From an uncultured Gammaproteobacteria bacterium (GTDB taxonomy: Bacteria; Pseudomonadota; Gammaproteobacteria; SURF-13): a DNA stretch of 64,000 bases. Position numbers and translations under genes: made by a program. The notes beneath the pieces were generated by a model. It did no database searches. It saw nothing but the letters and a program-made list of their open reading frames with translations, and was not told the origin of the DNA. The stretch lies in the NCBI GenBank assembly GCA_947085325.1, contig CAMTVY010000005.1, positions 26,522 through 90,521 on the forward strand, written 5' to 3'. Within the stretch, counting starts at the first letter, position 1. Each line of letters opens with the position of its first letter. This document shows, piece after piece, positions 33,872-43,839 of this stretch.

Positions 33872-35218
33872 ATGTTTGACAATCTCAGCGGACGTCTTGG
33901 ACACATCCTCAAAAACCTGCGTGGTCAGGGTCGCCTGAGCGAAGACAACATCAAGGACACGCTGCGTGAAGTGCGCATGGCGTTGCTCGAAGCCGACGTC
34001 GCGCTACCGGTAGTGCGCGAATTCATCGAGCGCGTGCGCGCGCGCGCCATCGGTCAGGAAGTGGCGCAGAGCCTCACACCCGGTCAGGCACTGATCAAGA
34101 TCGTGCATACAGAGCTGGTCGCGATCATGGGTGTGGCCTGCGACGAGCTGAACCTCAACGTGCCTCCGCCGGCAGTGATACTGATGGCGGGTTTGCAGGG
34201 TGCGGGAAAAACCACCAGCAGCGGCAAGCTGGCGCGCCTGCTGCAAGAGCGCCTGAAGAAGCGTGTCCTGCTGGCCAGCACTGACATATACCGTCCCGCT
34301 GCCATCGAGCAATTGCGAGTACTGGCCGCGGACATCGGCGCGGCGTTTTTCCCGAGCGAAGTGACGCAAGACCCGGCAGCCATTGCTGAGGCCGCACTGG
34401 CGTACGCACGCAGGCACGCCATTGATGTCGTCATCATCGACAGCGCAGGGCGTTTGCATATCGACAGCGAGATGATGGACGAGATCAAGCGCCTGCACGC
34501 GGTGCTGAACCCGGTAGAGACGTTGTTTGTGGTGGACAGCATGACCGGCCAGGACGCCGTTAACAGTGCCCGCGCCTTCAATGAAGCGCTGCCGCTCACG
34601 GGCGTCATTCTCACCAAGACCGACGGCGATGCGCGTGGCGGCGCCGCACTTTCGGTGCGCCATATCACCGGCAAGCCCATCAAGTTTCTCGGCACCGGCG
34701 AAAAGACCGGTGCGCTGGAGCCATTTCATCCCGAGCGCGTAGCATCGCGCATCCTCGGCATGGGCGATGTGCTGAGTCTGGTGGAAGAAGCGGGGCGCAG
34801 CATCGACATGCAGCAGGCGGAGAAGATGGCCGCCAAGCTGAAAAAAGGCACCAGTTTTGACCTTGATGATTTCCGCGACCAGCTGCGCCAGATACGCGCC
34901 ATGGGCGGCATGGCAGGCGTGATGGAAAAACTGCCCGGCATGATGAATATTCCCGCTGCTGCGCAAGGCCAGATCAATGACAAAGACCCGCAACGCATGG
35001 AAGTCATCATCAACTCCATGACGCCCACGGAACGCCGCAAGCCCGACATACTGAATGGTTCGCGCAAACGCCGTATCGCAGCAGGCTCCGGCACCCAGGT
35101 GCAGGATGTCAACCGCCTGCTGAAGCAATATGACCAGATGCAGCGCATGATGAAGCAGGTCGCCAAGGGCGGCATGGCCAAAATGCTGCGCAGCATCAAG
35201 GGACGCATGCCGTTTTAA
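33872..35218 (+). CDS. ffh: Signal recognition particle protein
   Basis: GLQGAGKTT, DSAGR, TKTDGDARGG, RILGMGD, SRKRRIAAGSG. Confidence 0.99.
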   Translation: MFDNLSGRLGHILKNLRGQGRLSEDNIKDTLREVRMALLEADVALPVVREFIERVRARAIGQEVAQSLTPGQALIKIVHTELVAIMGVACDELNLNVPPPAVILMAGLQGAGKTTSSGKLARLLQERLKKRVLLASTDIYRPAAIEQLRVLAADIGAAFFPSEVTQDPAAIAEAALAYARRHAIDVVIIDSAGRLHIDSEMMDEIKRLHAVLNPVETLFVVDSMTGQDAVNSARAFNEALPLTGVILTKTDGDARGGAALSVRHITGKPIKFLGTGEKTGALEPFHPERVASRILGMGDVLSLVEEAGRSIDMQQAEKMAAKLKKGTSFDLDDFRDQLRQIRAMGGMAGVMEKLPGMMNIPAAAQGQINDKDPQRMEVIINSMTPTERRKPDILNGSRKRRIAAGSGTQVQDVNRLLKQYDQMQRMMKQVAKGGMAKMLRSIKGRMPF

Positions 35219-35395
35219 CAGGGGTGCAGGGCGCCTCTTATTGGCGCCTGACCTCGGAGGCGCTAGCTGCCCCCTGGGGCCGCCTGTCGGGGCAGTCGCA
35301 AACTCTTCCTTGGGGTGTATTTTTGGCGTACAATGCTGGGATTTTCAGGCTCTTGCCGTCTGGGCAAGTGGGCCGATTTTGAGGGTGGAAGACGC

Positions 35396-35638
35396 ATGGT
35401 AACCATACGCATGGCTCGTGGCGGCGCGAAAAAGCGACCATTTTACAATATCGTTGTGACGGACAACCGTCAGCCGCGCGACGGCCGCTATATTGAGCGC
35501 GTAGGATTTTACAATCCTGTCGCCACCGGTGGCGAAGTAAAACTTACGCTGGACAATGAGCGAATCGGCTACTGGATTTCCAAGGGCGCGAAGCCGTCCG
35601 AGCGTGTTGCAGGGCTCATCAAGAGCCACGCGGCCTGA
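35396..35638 (+). CDS. rpsP: 30S ribosomal protein S16
   Basis: [27 protein letters not shown]. Confidence 0.98.
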   Translation: MVTIRMARGGAKKRPFYNIVVTDNRQPRDGRYIERVGFYNPVATGGEVKLTLDNERIGYWISKGAKPSERVAGLIKSHAA

Positions 35639-35639
35639 G

Positions 35640-36179
35640 TTGTCCGGCGGCGGCGGGGCAGGAGCGCCGTGCCTGATCGTGGTGGGCCGGGTCGCAGGCC
35701 TGTTTGGGGTGCGTGGCTGGTTGAAGATTGTTTCCTATACCGCGCCGCTGGAAAATATCCTGCACTACCGTCCGTGGTATCTGCGCGCTGCTAATGCAGC
35801 GGCGGATGCACCGTGGCTGGAACAGGCGGTAGCAGAGAGTCGTAGCCAGGATAAAGGCATTGTGGTTCGGTTTGAGGCGCATCAGGATCGTGATGCGGCC
35901 CAGTCGATGCTGGGGGCGGAGATCGCCGTCAACCGTGATCAACTGCCGCCGCCGGGGCCGGGTGAGTATTACTGGGCTGATCTGGTAGGCCTCAAGGTGG
36001 TGACGCTGGCGGGGGTTGAACTCGGCGTGATTGATCACCTGCTGGAGACCGGTTCGAATGATGTGCTGGTGGTCAAGGGTGAGCGGGAACGGCTGATCCC
36101 CTATATCCCGGGACAGGTGGTGCATGAGATTGACCCCGCGCAGGCCGTGGTGCGCGTGGATTGGGATCCGGAGTTTTAG
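35640..36179 (+). CDS. rimM: Ribosome maturation factor RimM (start uncertain)
   Basis: [34 protein letters not shown]. Confidence 0.96.
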   Translation: MSGGGGAGAPCLIVVGRVAGLFGVRGWLKIVSYTAPLENILHYRPWYLRAANAAADAPWLEQAVAESRSQDKGIVVRFEAHQDRDAAQSMLGAEIAVNRDQLPPPGPGEYYWADLVGLKVVTLAGVELGVIDHLLETGSNDVLVVKGERERLIPYIPGQVVHEIDPAQAVVRVDWDPEF

Positions 36180-36181
36180 CC

Positions 36182-36919
36182 GTGGAAATAGCAGTCGTTA
36201 CGCTGTTTCCACAGATGTTTGATGCGCTGGCGGATTATGGCATTACCAGCAGGGCGCTGAAGAGCGGCGTGCTGCGGCTCACGCGCTGGAACCCGCGCGA
36301 TTACGCGCACGACCGCCACCACACGGTGGACGACCGCCCTTACGGCGGCGGGCCGGGAATGGTGATGCAGGTGCAGCCGCTGCGCGATGCGATAGATGCA
36401 GCGCGCGGTGCGGGAGAGGAGAAGGCCCATGTGGTCTACCTCACGCCGCAGGGGCGGCGGCTGGATCAGGCCGGGGCAGAGACGCTTGCCGCGCATGCAC
36501 GGCTGGTGCTGGTGGCCGGGCGCTATGAAGGGATAGATGAACGCGTGATTGCCACGCAGGTCGATGCAGAATGGTCGATCGGCGATTATGTGCTCTCCGG
36601 TGGCGAGCTGGCGGCGATGGTGATGATCGATGCCATCACGCGCCTGTTGCCGGGCGCGCTGGGGCATGAGGACTCGGCGTTGCAGGATTCGTTTTCGGGC
36701 GGGCTGTTGGACACGCCGCACTATACGCGGCCCGAGGAGATTGACGGGCTGCGGGTGCCGGAGGTGCTGCTGAGCGGTGATCATCGCGCGATAGCGCGCT
36801 GGCGCGCCAAGCAGTCACTGGGACGTACCTGGCTGAGAAGGCCCGAATTGCTGGAAGGCATCGAGCTTACGCAGGAACAGCGCAGTCTGCTGGATGAGTT
36901 TATTAAAGAACAAAACTGA
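36182..36919 (+). CDS. trmD: tRNA (guanine-N1)-methyltransferase
   Basis: [36 protein letters not shown]. Confidence 0.99.
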   Translation: MEIAVVTLFPQMFDALADYGITSRALKSGVLRLTRWNPRDYAHDRHHTVDDRPYGGGPGMVMQVQPLRDAIDAARGAGEEKAHVVYLTPQGRRLDQAGAETLAAHARLVLVAGRYEGIDERVIATQVDAEWSIGDYVLSGGELAAMVMIDAITRLLPGALGHEDSALQDSFSGGLLDTPHYTRPEEIDGLRVPEVLLSGDHRAIARWRAKQSLGRTWLRRPELLEGIELTQEQRSLLDEFIKEQN

Positions 36920-36950
36920 TGTTAAATATTTAGGACAGGGATACACCACC

Positions 36951-37295
36951 ATGAGCAACATCATTCTGCAAATAGAAGCCGAACAAATGACGCGTAAGGT
37001 ACCGGATTTTTCGCCGGGCGATACCGTCGTAGTGCAAATCAAGGTCAAGGAAGGCACGCGCGAGCGCTTGCAGGCCTTCGAGGGTATAGTGATTGCGCGC
37101 CGCAACCGCGGACTCAATTCCGCCTTTACCGTACGCAAGATATCGCACGGCGAGGGCGTGGAGCGTGTGTTCCAGACCTACAGCCCGAGCATTCACGATA
37201 TCAGCGTGAAGCGTCGTGGCGCAGTGCGTCGTGCCAAACTTTACTACCTGCGCGAGCTGAAAGGCAAGGAAGCGCGCATTCAGGAAAAGCTGTAG
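36951..37295 (+). CDS. rplS: 50S ribosomal protein L19
   Basis: [32 protein letters not shown]. Confidence 0.99.
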   Translation: MSNIILQIEAEQMTRKVPDFSPGDTVVVQIKVKEGTRERLQAFEGIVIARRNRGLNSAFTVRKISHGEGVERVFQTYSPSIHDISVKRRGAVRRAKLYYLRELKGKEARIQEKL

Positions 37296-37301
37296 CCGTC
37301 T

Positions 37302-37799
37302 GTGGCCGCGCCGGTCGCTGAAACGACCTACGCGGCCATACTGCCTGCCCCTGCGGATTTACGGGTCAAGCTGGGTGTGCGCCTGCACTCCTCCGCCCTT
37401 GTCAGTATCGATTTTCTTCCCTCGCACCATGCTGATCTCCCGCCTGCCACGGCCCTCGCCCGGCGAGTGACGGCGCAGTTGCATCGCTATTTCACTGATC
37501 CGCGCCATGTTTTTTCACTCCCGCTGGCGTTGCAGGGAACCCCGTTTCAGAAAAAGGTGTGGCGGGCGCTCATGCGCATCCCGCCTGGCGCTACCCTCAG
37601 CTATGGCGCGCTGGCCGCGCAACTGGCAACCGGCGCCCGCGCTGTAGGCAATGCCTGCCGCGCCAATCCGGTGCCGATTATCGTGCCCTGTCATCGCGTG
37701 GTGGCGCGGGATGGCATGGGCGGCTATGCAGGTGTAACCACAGGTCGCAACCTCCAGCGCAAGCGCTGGTTGCTCAGCCATGAACAGCGTGGCGGCTGA
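37302..37799 (+). CDS. ogt: Methylated-DNA--protein-cysteine methyltransferase
   Basis: GTPFQKKVW, ARAVGNAC, PCHRV active site. Confidence 0.93.
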   Translation: MAAPVAETTYAAILPAPADLRVKLGVRLHSSALVSIDFLPSHHADLPPATALARRVTAQLHRYFTDPRHVFSLPLALQGTPFQKKVWRALMRIPPGATLSYGALAAQLATGARAVGNACRANPVPIIVPCHRVVARDGMGGYAGVTTGRNLQRKRWLLSHEQRGG

Positions 37800-38712
37800 A
37801 CACCCGCCTGTATTGCTGTCAGAGGCCGAGCAGGCGCTGATTGAGAATTTTCTCGACCGCGTGTGGATGGAGCAGGGGCTGAGCAGCAACACGCTTGCCG
37901 CTTACCGCAATGATCTGCAGGGGTACGCGCGCTGGCTGGTAGAAAGACAGTGCAGCCTGATGGATTGCGAGCGCAGGCATGTGCTGGAGTATCTGGAGCT
38001 GTGTGCCGGACTGGGCAGAAGGCCCCGCTCGCGTGCCCGGCTGATTTCGGCCTTGCGCCGGTTTTACCGCTTTTGGCTGCGGGAGGGCCGCATGGCGCAG
38101 GATCCCACTGCGCAGGTGGATATGCCGCGCACAGGGCGCAGCCTGCCCGCGTCGCTGACGGAGGCGGAGGTCGAGGCACTGCTGGCCGCGCCGGCGGTCG
38201 AGACTGCGCTGGGGCTGCGTGACCGTGCGATGCTCGAGTTACTTTATGGCTGCGGCCTGCGGGTCTCTGAATTGGTGCAGCTCACGGCAGCACAAATCAA
38301 TCTGCATCAAGGGGTGTTGCGGATCACCGGTAAAGGCTCGAAAGAGCGCCTGGTGCCGTTCGGTGAAGAGGCTCGGGTATGGCTGGAGCGGCATCTGGCG
38401 GAGTCGCGCCCACAGTTGCTGCAAGGGCGGACGTGCGCCTTTCTGTTCCCTACGCGGCGCGGCGGGGCGATCACCCGGCAGGGGTTCTGGTATCTCGTTA
38501 AACGCCACGCCTTGCGGGCTGCGATTACCAAGCCGCTGTCACCCCACACCCTGCGCCACGCGTTTGCCACCCACTTGCTGAATCACGGCGCTGATTTGCG
38601 CGTGGTGCAGATGTTGCTGGGGCATAGTGATTTATCCACCACCCAGATTTATACCCACGTTGCGCGTGAGCGGCTGAAAAATCTGCATGCGCAGCATCAT
38701 CCGCGTGGGTGA
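37780..38712 (+). CDS. xerD: Site-specific tyrosine recombinase XerD
   Basis: GLSSNTLAAYRND, RDRAMLELLY, GLRVSEL, SPHTLRHAFATH, LGH..TTQIYTHVA. Confidence 0.97.
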   Translation: MNSVAAEHPPVLLSEAEQALIENFLDRVWMEQGLSSNTLAAYRNDLQGYARWLVERQCSLMDCERRHVLEYLELCAGLGRRPRSRARLISALRRFYRFWLREGRMAQDPTAQVDMPRTGRSLPASLTEAEVEALLAAPAVETALGLRDRAMLELLYGCGLRVSELVQLTAAQINLHQGVLRITGKGSKERLVPFGEEARVWLERHLAESRPQLLQGRTCAFLFPTRRGGAITRQGFWYLVKRHALRAAITKPLSPHTLRHAFATHLLNHGADLRVVQMLLGHSDLSTTQIYTHVARERLKNLHAQHHPRG

Positions 38713-38735
38713 GGCAATGCAATCGCCGAATGCCC

Positions 38736-38806
38736 GGCCATGGGAGGCCGCGCAGGGGTTGGGTTGGAAAACTGAAGTTTTGCCAGGGATGGCAACAGTT
38801 TTTTCC
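38736..38806 (+). other. Two GGA-loop hairpins downstream of xerD
   Basis: GGCC-ATGGGA-GGCC and TTGCCA-GGGA-TGGCAA nested in GGAAAACTG..CAGTTTT. Confidence 0.5.
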
Positions 38807-38840
38807 GGTCATGAGTAGAGTTTTTTAACGTTTCCGTAAA

Positions 38841-38989
38841 TATACATAGCGTCCTAAATCTACTGCGCGTCTTTGATGCGGGTGCGTACGGTGCTCGGAA
38901 TCCTCATGTACTGATATGTACACTCCGGTTCCTGCGCTCCGCCACCCCCGCCTGAAAGCCGCTCGCTACGATTTATGTCGCTATGTATA
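38841..38989 (-). repeat. 149-bp ERIC/RPE-like palindromic element
   Basis: Terminal IR TATACATAGCGtcCTAAATC / GATTTAtgtCGCTATGTATA (18/20); central TGTAC-tgatat-GTACA hairpin. Confidence 0.85.
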
Positions 38990-38998
38990 ATAGACGCT

Positions 38999-39481
38999 AT
39001 GCCATCATTCGACGTAGTCTCTGAAGTAGACATGCATGAGCTCGCCAATGCGCTTGACCAGTGCAATCGCGAGATCGGTACGCGCTTTGATTTCAAAGGC
39101 AGCGGCGCCAACGTCGAACAGGCGGAGGCGCTGCTCACGCTGCACGCGGACAACGAGTTCCAGATCAAGCAGATTACCGACATCCTGCACGGCAAGCTGG
39201 CCAAACGCGGCGTGGACATCGGCGTGCTCAAGGCCGACAAGATTGAAATCAGCGGCAGCAAGGCCTTGCAGAAAATCACCGTGCGTCAGGGCATCGAGAG
39301 TGATCTGGCCAAAAAGATAGTCAAACTGATAAAAGATTCAAAATTGAAGGTGCAGGCGGCCATCCAGGGCGAACAGGTGCGCGTGAGCGGGAAGAAGCGT
39401 GACGACCTGCAGGAGGTAATGGCGCTGTTGCGTGGCGCGCAGCTGGAGTTGCCGCTGCAATACATCAATTTTCGTGACTGA
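38999..39481 (+). CDS. yajQ: YajQ-family nucleotide (c-di-GMP) binding protein
   Basis: [39 protein letters not shown]. Confidence 0.97.
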   Translation: MPSFDVVSEVDMHELANALDQCNREIGTRFDFKGSGANVEQAEALLTLHADNEFQIKQITDILHGKLAKRGVDIGVLKADKIEISGSKALQKITVRQGIESDLAKKIVKLIKDSKLKVQAAIQGEQVRVSGKKRDDLQEVMALLRGAQLELPLQYINFRD

Positions 39482-39507
39482 CGGACACTGACCGGGAAGA
39501 ATATGGC

Positions 39508-40239
39508 GTGACACAGAAATCAATAGGGGCAGGGCTGTTTGTCTGCATGTGGTTGGGGGTAACCGCGCCTGCAATGGCGGGGGAGGACACCACCAAACTC
39601 AAGGCCGCGCTGGCAACCCTGTTGCCGGGTGCGACACCGGACAGTATCAAGCCCGCTGCGATCCCGGGTATGTATGAGATCAGCTACGGCGCTACCGTGC
39701 TGTACATGACCCAGGATGGCCGCTATCTGTTGCGTGGCGATCTGATTGATGTCGAGCGCGGCGAGAACCTGACCGAAGTTAACCGGAACCGGGCCCGTCT
39801 CAAGATAGTCGGCGCCATTGACGAGGGCAGCATGATTGTCTATGCACCCAGGAAAGTGAAGCATACGATTACGGTGTTTACCGACCCGGACTGCGCCTAC
39901 TGCCGGAAGATGCACAGCGAAATGCAGGAATACAACAAGCGGGGAATAAAAATACGCTACATGGCTTTCCCGCGTAGCGGTGTGGATACGCCATCGTATG
40001 AAAAATCGGTTTCCGTGTGGTGTGTCAAGGATCGTGCTGCGGCCATGACCCGGGCCAAGCGTGGCGACGAGATAGCGAAGAAAACCTGTGACGATCCGGT
40101 GCAGATGCACCTGCAGGCCGCCAGACAAATCGGTATTTCAGGTACGCCGACGCTTATCCTCGAAGACGGCAGCCTGATACCGGGCTACGTTCCGGCAGAG
40201 CGGTTGGCGGAGATTCTGGACGAACACGCCGGCGGTTAG
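39508..40239 (+). CDS. dsbC: Thiol:disulfide isomerase DsbC
   Basis: Signal peptide, FTDPDCAYCRK, AFPRSG, GTPTL, PGY. Confidence 0.95.
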   Translation: MTQKSIGAGLFVCMWLGVTAPAMAGEDTTKLKAALATLLPGATPDSIKPAAIPGMYEISYGATVLYMTQDGRYLLRGDLIDVERGENLTEVNRNRARLKIVGAIDEGSMIVYAPRKVKHTITVFTDPDCAYCRKMHSEMQEYNKRGIKIRYMAFPRSGVDTPSYEKSVSVWCVKDRAAAMTRAKRGDEIAKKTCDDPVQMHLQAARQIGISGTPTLILEDGSLIPGYVPAERLAEILDEHAGG

Positions 40240-40395
40240 CAGGCTGTTGAAAGACAGCCTGCGTGCGGTGCAGGGATGCACCACTATTTTTCAAGCACGG
40301 TTTGTGTGTCTGAAAAACGGCGCAAAGCAAAAATCACATTTTTTGCTTTGCGGGTTGAAAAAGGCCATGGATGGCCTTTTTCAACATCCTGCTAA
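40236..40395. mobile_element. 160-bp MITE-like multi-hairpin element
   Basis: Terminal IR TTAGCAGG(C/A)TGTTGAAA (16/17); four internal hairpins; no coding capacity for a transposase. Confidence 0.8.
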
Positions 40396-40447
40396 CGAAC
40401 AACAACAAACAAAGTGGTGCGCGAGTTTTACTACGCCAAGGATGGGA

Positions 40448-41578
40448 TCAATCGGCGGGTTTTTTGGCGGCGGCGGCTTGCGCCAGGACGCGGCGCTGCT
40501 CGTAGGCCTCGCGCGCAATGCGCACGTCTTCCAGAAACCAGGGCAGTTCTTCCAGTGTGAGCGCCTGCGGTCCGTCCACCAGGGCCTTGTGCGGCGCCGG
40601 GTGAAAATCTATCAGTATCATATTGGCCCCGGCAACGACGCCCTGTGCGGTCACATGCACAATGTCGAGTATGCCGTCCGGCGCGGTGTCACGGGTGCCC
40701 ACGGAGTGGGACGGATCGATGCAGACCGGCATGCGGGTGAGACGCTTCACCACCGGCACATGCGCGAAGTCGACGAAATTGCGGTGCGGGTCGCCCGCGT
40801 TGGTCTTCATGCCGCGCAAGCCAAAGATCACGTTACGGTTGCCTTCGCTGGCAAGATATTCCGCCGCATTGAGTGACTCCTCCAGCGTAATGCCGAAGCC
40901 GCGCTTGAGCAGTACCGGGAATTCGTGCTGCCGTCCGACCACCTTGAGCAGTTCGAAGTTCTGGGTGTTGCGCGTCCCGATCTGAAGCACGATGCCGGTG
41001 GGATTGCCGGTCTGGCGTAGCGCCGTGCGTATTTCTTCCACGTGCGATTCGTGCATCACTTCCATCGCAATGACCTTGATGCCGTATTTGCCCGCGAGCT
41101 CGAAGACATACGGCAGGCAGCTCTTGCCGTGGCCCTGGAAGGAGTAGGGATTGGTGCGCGGCTTGTAGGCGCCCATGCGGGTACAGACCTGGCCATGGTC
41201 GCGCAAGGCCTGCATCATCATTTCGACGTGTTCGGGCGTATCGACGGCGCACAGGCCGGCGAAAATGTTGAGGGTGTCCTGCCCGAAACGTACACCGTTA
41301 TAGTCGAAATGGGTGTCGCGATTGTCATCCTTGTGGCGGCCAAGGATGCGGTATTCCTCGGTCACCCGTACGGCGCGTTCGACACAGGGGAGGTTGTTCA
41401 TGTCCTCCAGCCCGAGCGACAGCGTATTACCGATCAGATAAATCTCGGTGAGGGTACGCTGCGCGCCTACTTCGTCATGCACGCGTACCTTGATATCGGG
41501 GAGATTATCCAGATGCTTGATAAGCGTCTGGTAGTCAGTGCTGTTCTTGTCGGTGTCCGGCTTGAGTATCAGTATCAT
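40448..41578 (-). CDS. 3-deoxy-7-phosphoheptulonate (DAHP) synthase, class I-beta
   Basis: AGLCAVD, GAYKPRT, QIGTRN.QNF, LKRG, DPSH. Confidence 0.92.
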   Translation of the reverse strand: MILILKPDTDKNSTDYQTLIKHLDNLPDIKVRVHDEVGAQRTLTEIYLIGNTLSLGLEDMNNLPCVERAVRVTEEYRILGRHKDDNRDTHFDYNGVRFGQDTLNIFAGLCAVDTPEHVEMMMQALRDHGQVCTRMGAYKPRTNPYSFQGHGKSCLPYVFELAGKYGIKVIAMEVMHESHVEEIRTALRQTGNPTGIVLQIGTRNTQNFELLKVVGRQHEFPVLLKRGFGITLEESLNAAEYLASEGNRNVIFGLRGMKTNAGDPHRNFVDFAHVPVVKRLTRMPVCIDPSHSVGTRDTAPDGILDIVHVTAQGVVAGANMILIDFHPAPHKALVDGPQALTLEELPWFLEDVRIAREAYEQRRVLAQAAAAKKPAD

Positions 41579-41655
41579 GATTGAATCTGCTTGTCGGTTA
41601 CGGAAGTTCTGGACAGGTTAGGTCGGGCCTGCTGAAGCCGCGCATTATGGCACAA

Positions 41656-42921
41656 TCACACGCGGGGAGCACGTTCCAGGGCGACTGCGTAATAGGTGTC
41701 GGTAGGGTGGCGATGGCTGTAGAGGTGGAGGGCCGTAGCATCTTCCGGGAGGGTGATGGCTACCTGCTTGCGCGCCAGAATGGCGCCGACCGGCAGGCTG
41801 CTGAACTCGGGGTGAGAGGCCAGAAACCACTCGATGACCGCGCCGTTTTCTTCGTGCAGCGGGCTGCACGTGGCATACACCAGCCGCCCGCCCGGTTTGA
41901 CCAGTTCGGCCGCCGCCGCCAGGATGCGGCGTTGCAGCGCGGTGATTTCTTCAAGCTTGTGCGCGCGCCATTTGATGTCCGGGTTGCGGCGCAGTGTGCC
42001 AAGTCCGGTGCACGGTGCGTCCACCAGCACGCGGTCAATCTTGCCGCGCAGGCGTAGCACACGCGGGTCGCGCTCGTGCTCGATGACGACGCTGCGTACC
42101 GTGTCGAGGCCGGCGCGCCGCAGGCGGGGCTTTAGCTGGTCGAGCCGCTTGGCGGAGACGTCGAACGCATAGAGGGTGCCGGTGTTGTCCATCAGGGCGC
42201 CGAGATGCAGTGTCTTGCCGCCCGCGCCCGCACAGAAGTCCACCACCATTTCGCCCCGTCGCGGCTCCAGCAGCAGGGCGAGCAGTTGGCTGCCTTCATC
42301 CTGCACCTCGATCAGGCCTTCGCTGAAGGCGCGGGTCTTGAACAATGGACTGCGCGTCTGGCGGCGCAGCCCTACAGGTGAGAGTGTGGTGGGCTCGGCG
42401 GGGTAACCTTCCTGCGCCAATACGGCAGCGGCTTCGTCAGGTTTTGCCTTGAGCGCGTTGACGCGCAGGTCTACCGGCGCGGGCTGGTTCAGTGCTGCTG
42501 CCAGCGCAAGGGTTTCCGCTTCGCCGAGTTGCGCCGCCAGCCGCTCATACAGCCAGTCGGGCAGATCCGCACGCACGGCAGCAGGCAGGGTGGAGACATC
42601 GGTTTCGCGGATACGCGCCACCAGTTCACGTACCCCGGGACGGCAGCCCGCCTGCTCCAGGGCGCGCGCGCTCCAGCCTTGCACGGCGGCAAGATAGGCG
42701 GCGACGTTGTCCTGTGCCGCAGGCGCGGGGCCAACAAAGTGTTCCAGCAGGCGTTTACGGCGCAGGCAGCCATAAACGGTCTCGGCGACAAAGCCCCGGT
42801 CGTTCACACCCATGTTGCGGTGTTTGCGGAAATACGCCTGCATCTGCTGGTCGGCGGGTGAGCGACCCTGCAGAATCAGCTCCAGCAGCTCGGCGGCACG
42901 CGCCAGCGGAAAATGTTTCAT
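41656..42921 (-). CDS. RsmB/NOP-family RNA m5C methyltransferase
   Basis: EVQDEGSQL, DFCAGAGGKT, LVDAPC.G.GT.RR.PD, LVYATCS. Confidence 0.93.
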   Translation of the reverse strand: MKHFPLARAAELLELILQGRSPADQQMQAYFRKHRNMGVNDRGFVAETVYGCLRRKRLLEHFVGPAPAAQDNVAAYLAAVQGWSARALEQAGCRPGVRELVARIRETDVSTLPAAVRADLPDWLYERLAAQLGEAETLALAAALNQPAPVDLRVNALKAKPDEAAAVLAQEGYPAEPTTLSPVGLRRQTRSPLFKTRAFSEGLIEVQDEGSQLLALLLEPRRGEMVVDFCAGAGGKTLHLGALMDNTGTLYAFDVSAKRLDQLKPRLRRAGLDTVRSVVIEHERDPRVLRLRGKIDRVLVDAPCTGLGTLRRNPDIKWRAHKLEEITALQRRILAAAAELVKPGGRLVYATCSPLHEENGAVIEWFLASHPEFSSLPVGAILARKQVAITLPEDATALHLYSHRHPTDTYYAVALERAPRV

Positions 42922-42936
42922 GCGGGAGGCGGGGCG

Positions 42937-43830
42937 CTAATCGCAGTAGCGCCGCGTCAAATCCTGATAGGCGTCGATGCGTCGGTCACGCAGGTAGGGC
43001 CAGATGCGCCTGACCTGCTCGTTGTGGGCGAGGTCAATTTCAGTGACCAGGGTAGCCGGTGTGTCTGCGGGGGCTTGCACCAGGATTTCGCCCTGCGGGC
43101 CTGCGGCAAAACTCGAGCCCCAGAAGCGGATGCCGGCGCCACGCCCGGATGGATCGGCCTCGAAGCCGGTGCGGTTGCATACCAGCACCGGCAGGCCGTT
43201 GGCGACGGCGTGCGCGCGCTGGATGGTGATCCAGGCCTCGCGCTGGCGCGCCTGTTCTTGTGCGTCGTCGTTCGGATCCCAGCCGATGGCGGTCGGGTAG
43301 ATGAGCAGGTCAGCGCCCCCGAGCGCCATGAGGCGTGCGGCCTCCGGATACCACTGATCCCAGCACACCAGCACGCCCAGCGTTCCGAGCGTGGTCTTGA
43401 TGGGAGTGAAGCCGAGATCGCCCGGCGTGAAATAAAATTTTTCGTGGTAGCCCGGATCATCCGGGATGTGCATCTTGCGGTATTTGCCGGCGATGGTTCC
43501 GTCCCGCTCCAGCACGACAGCGGTGTTGTGGTAGACGCCCGCAGCCCGGCGCTCGAACAGCGAAGCAACAATGACCAGGCCCAGTTCGGCGGCGAGCTTG
43601 CCGATGGCCTCGGTGGCGGGGCCGGGGATGGCTTGTGCGAGATCAAAGTTGCGTGCGTCTTCGGTCTGGCAGAAGTAGGGCCCGAGATGCAGTTCCTGTA
43701 GTACCACCAGTTGCGCGCCCGCACGGGCGGCCTCGCGCACCGCCTGCAGGCTGGCGGCGAGATTGGACTGTGTGTCAGAGACGCTGACCTGCTGCTGTAC
43801 CAGCGCGACGGTGAGCCGTTTTGTTTGCAT
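42937..43830 (-). CDS. aguB: N-carbamoylputrescine amidase (nitrilase family)
   Basis: LQELH..YFCQ, YRKMHIPDDP..EKFYF, CWDQWYPE; adjacent to agmatine deiminase. Confidence 0.9.
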   Translation of the reverse strand: MQTKRLTVALVQQQVSVSDTQSNLAASLQAVREAARAGAQLVVLQELHLGPYFCQTEDARNFDLAQAIPGPATEAIGKLAAELGLVIVASLFERRAAGVYHNTAVVLERDGTIAGKYRKMHIPDDPGYHEKFYFTPGDLGFTPIKTTLGTLGVLVCWDQWYPEAARLMALGGADLLIYPTAIGWDPNDDAQEQARQREAWITIQRAHAVANGLPVLVCNRTGFEADPSGRGAGIRFWGSSFAAGPQGEILVQAPADTPATLVTEIDLAHNEQVRRIWPYLRDRRIDAYQDLTRRYCD

Positions 43831-43839
43831 GGGCACAGT

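Noticed and set aside
37780-38712. Tyrosine recombinase as a phage or island integrase
   Set aside because: Typical XerD sequence in core rplS/dsbC context, with no att site or cargo.
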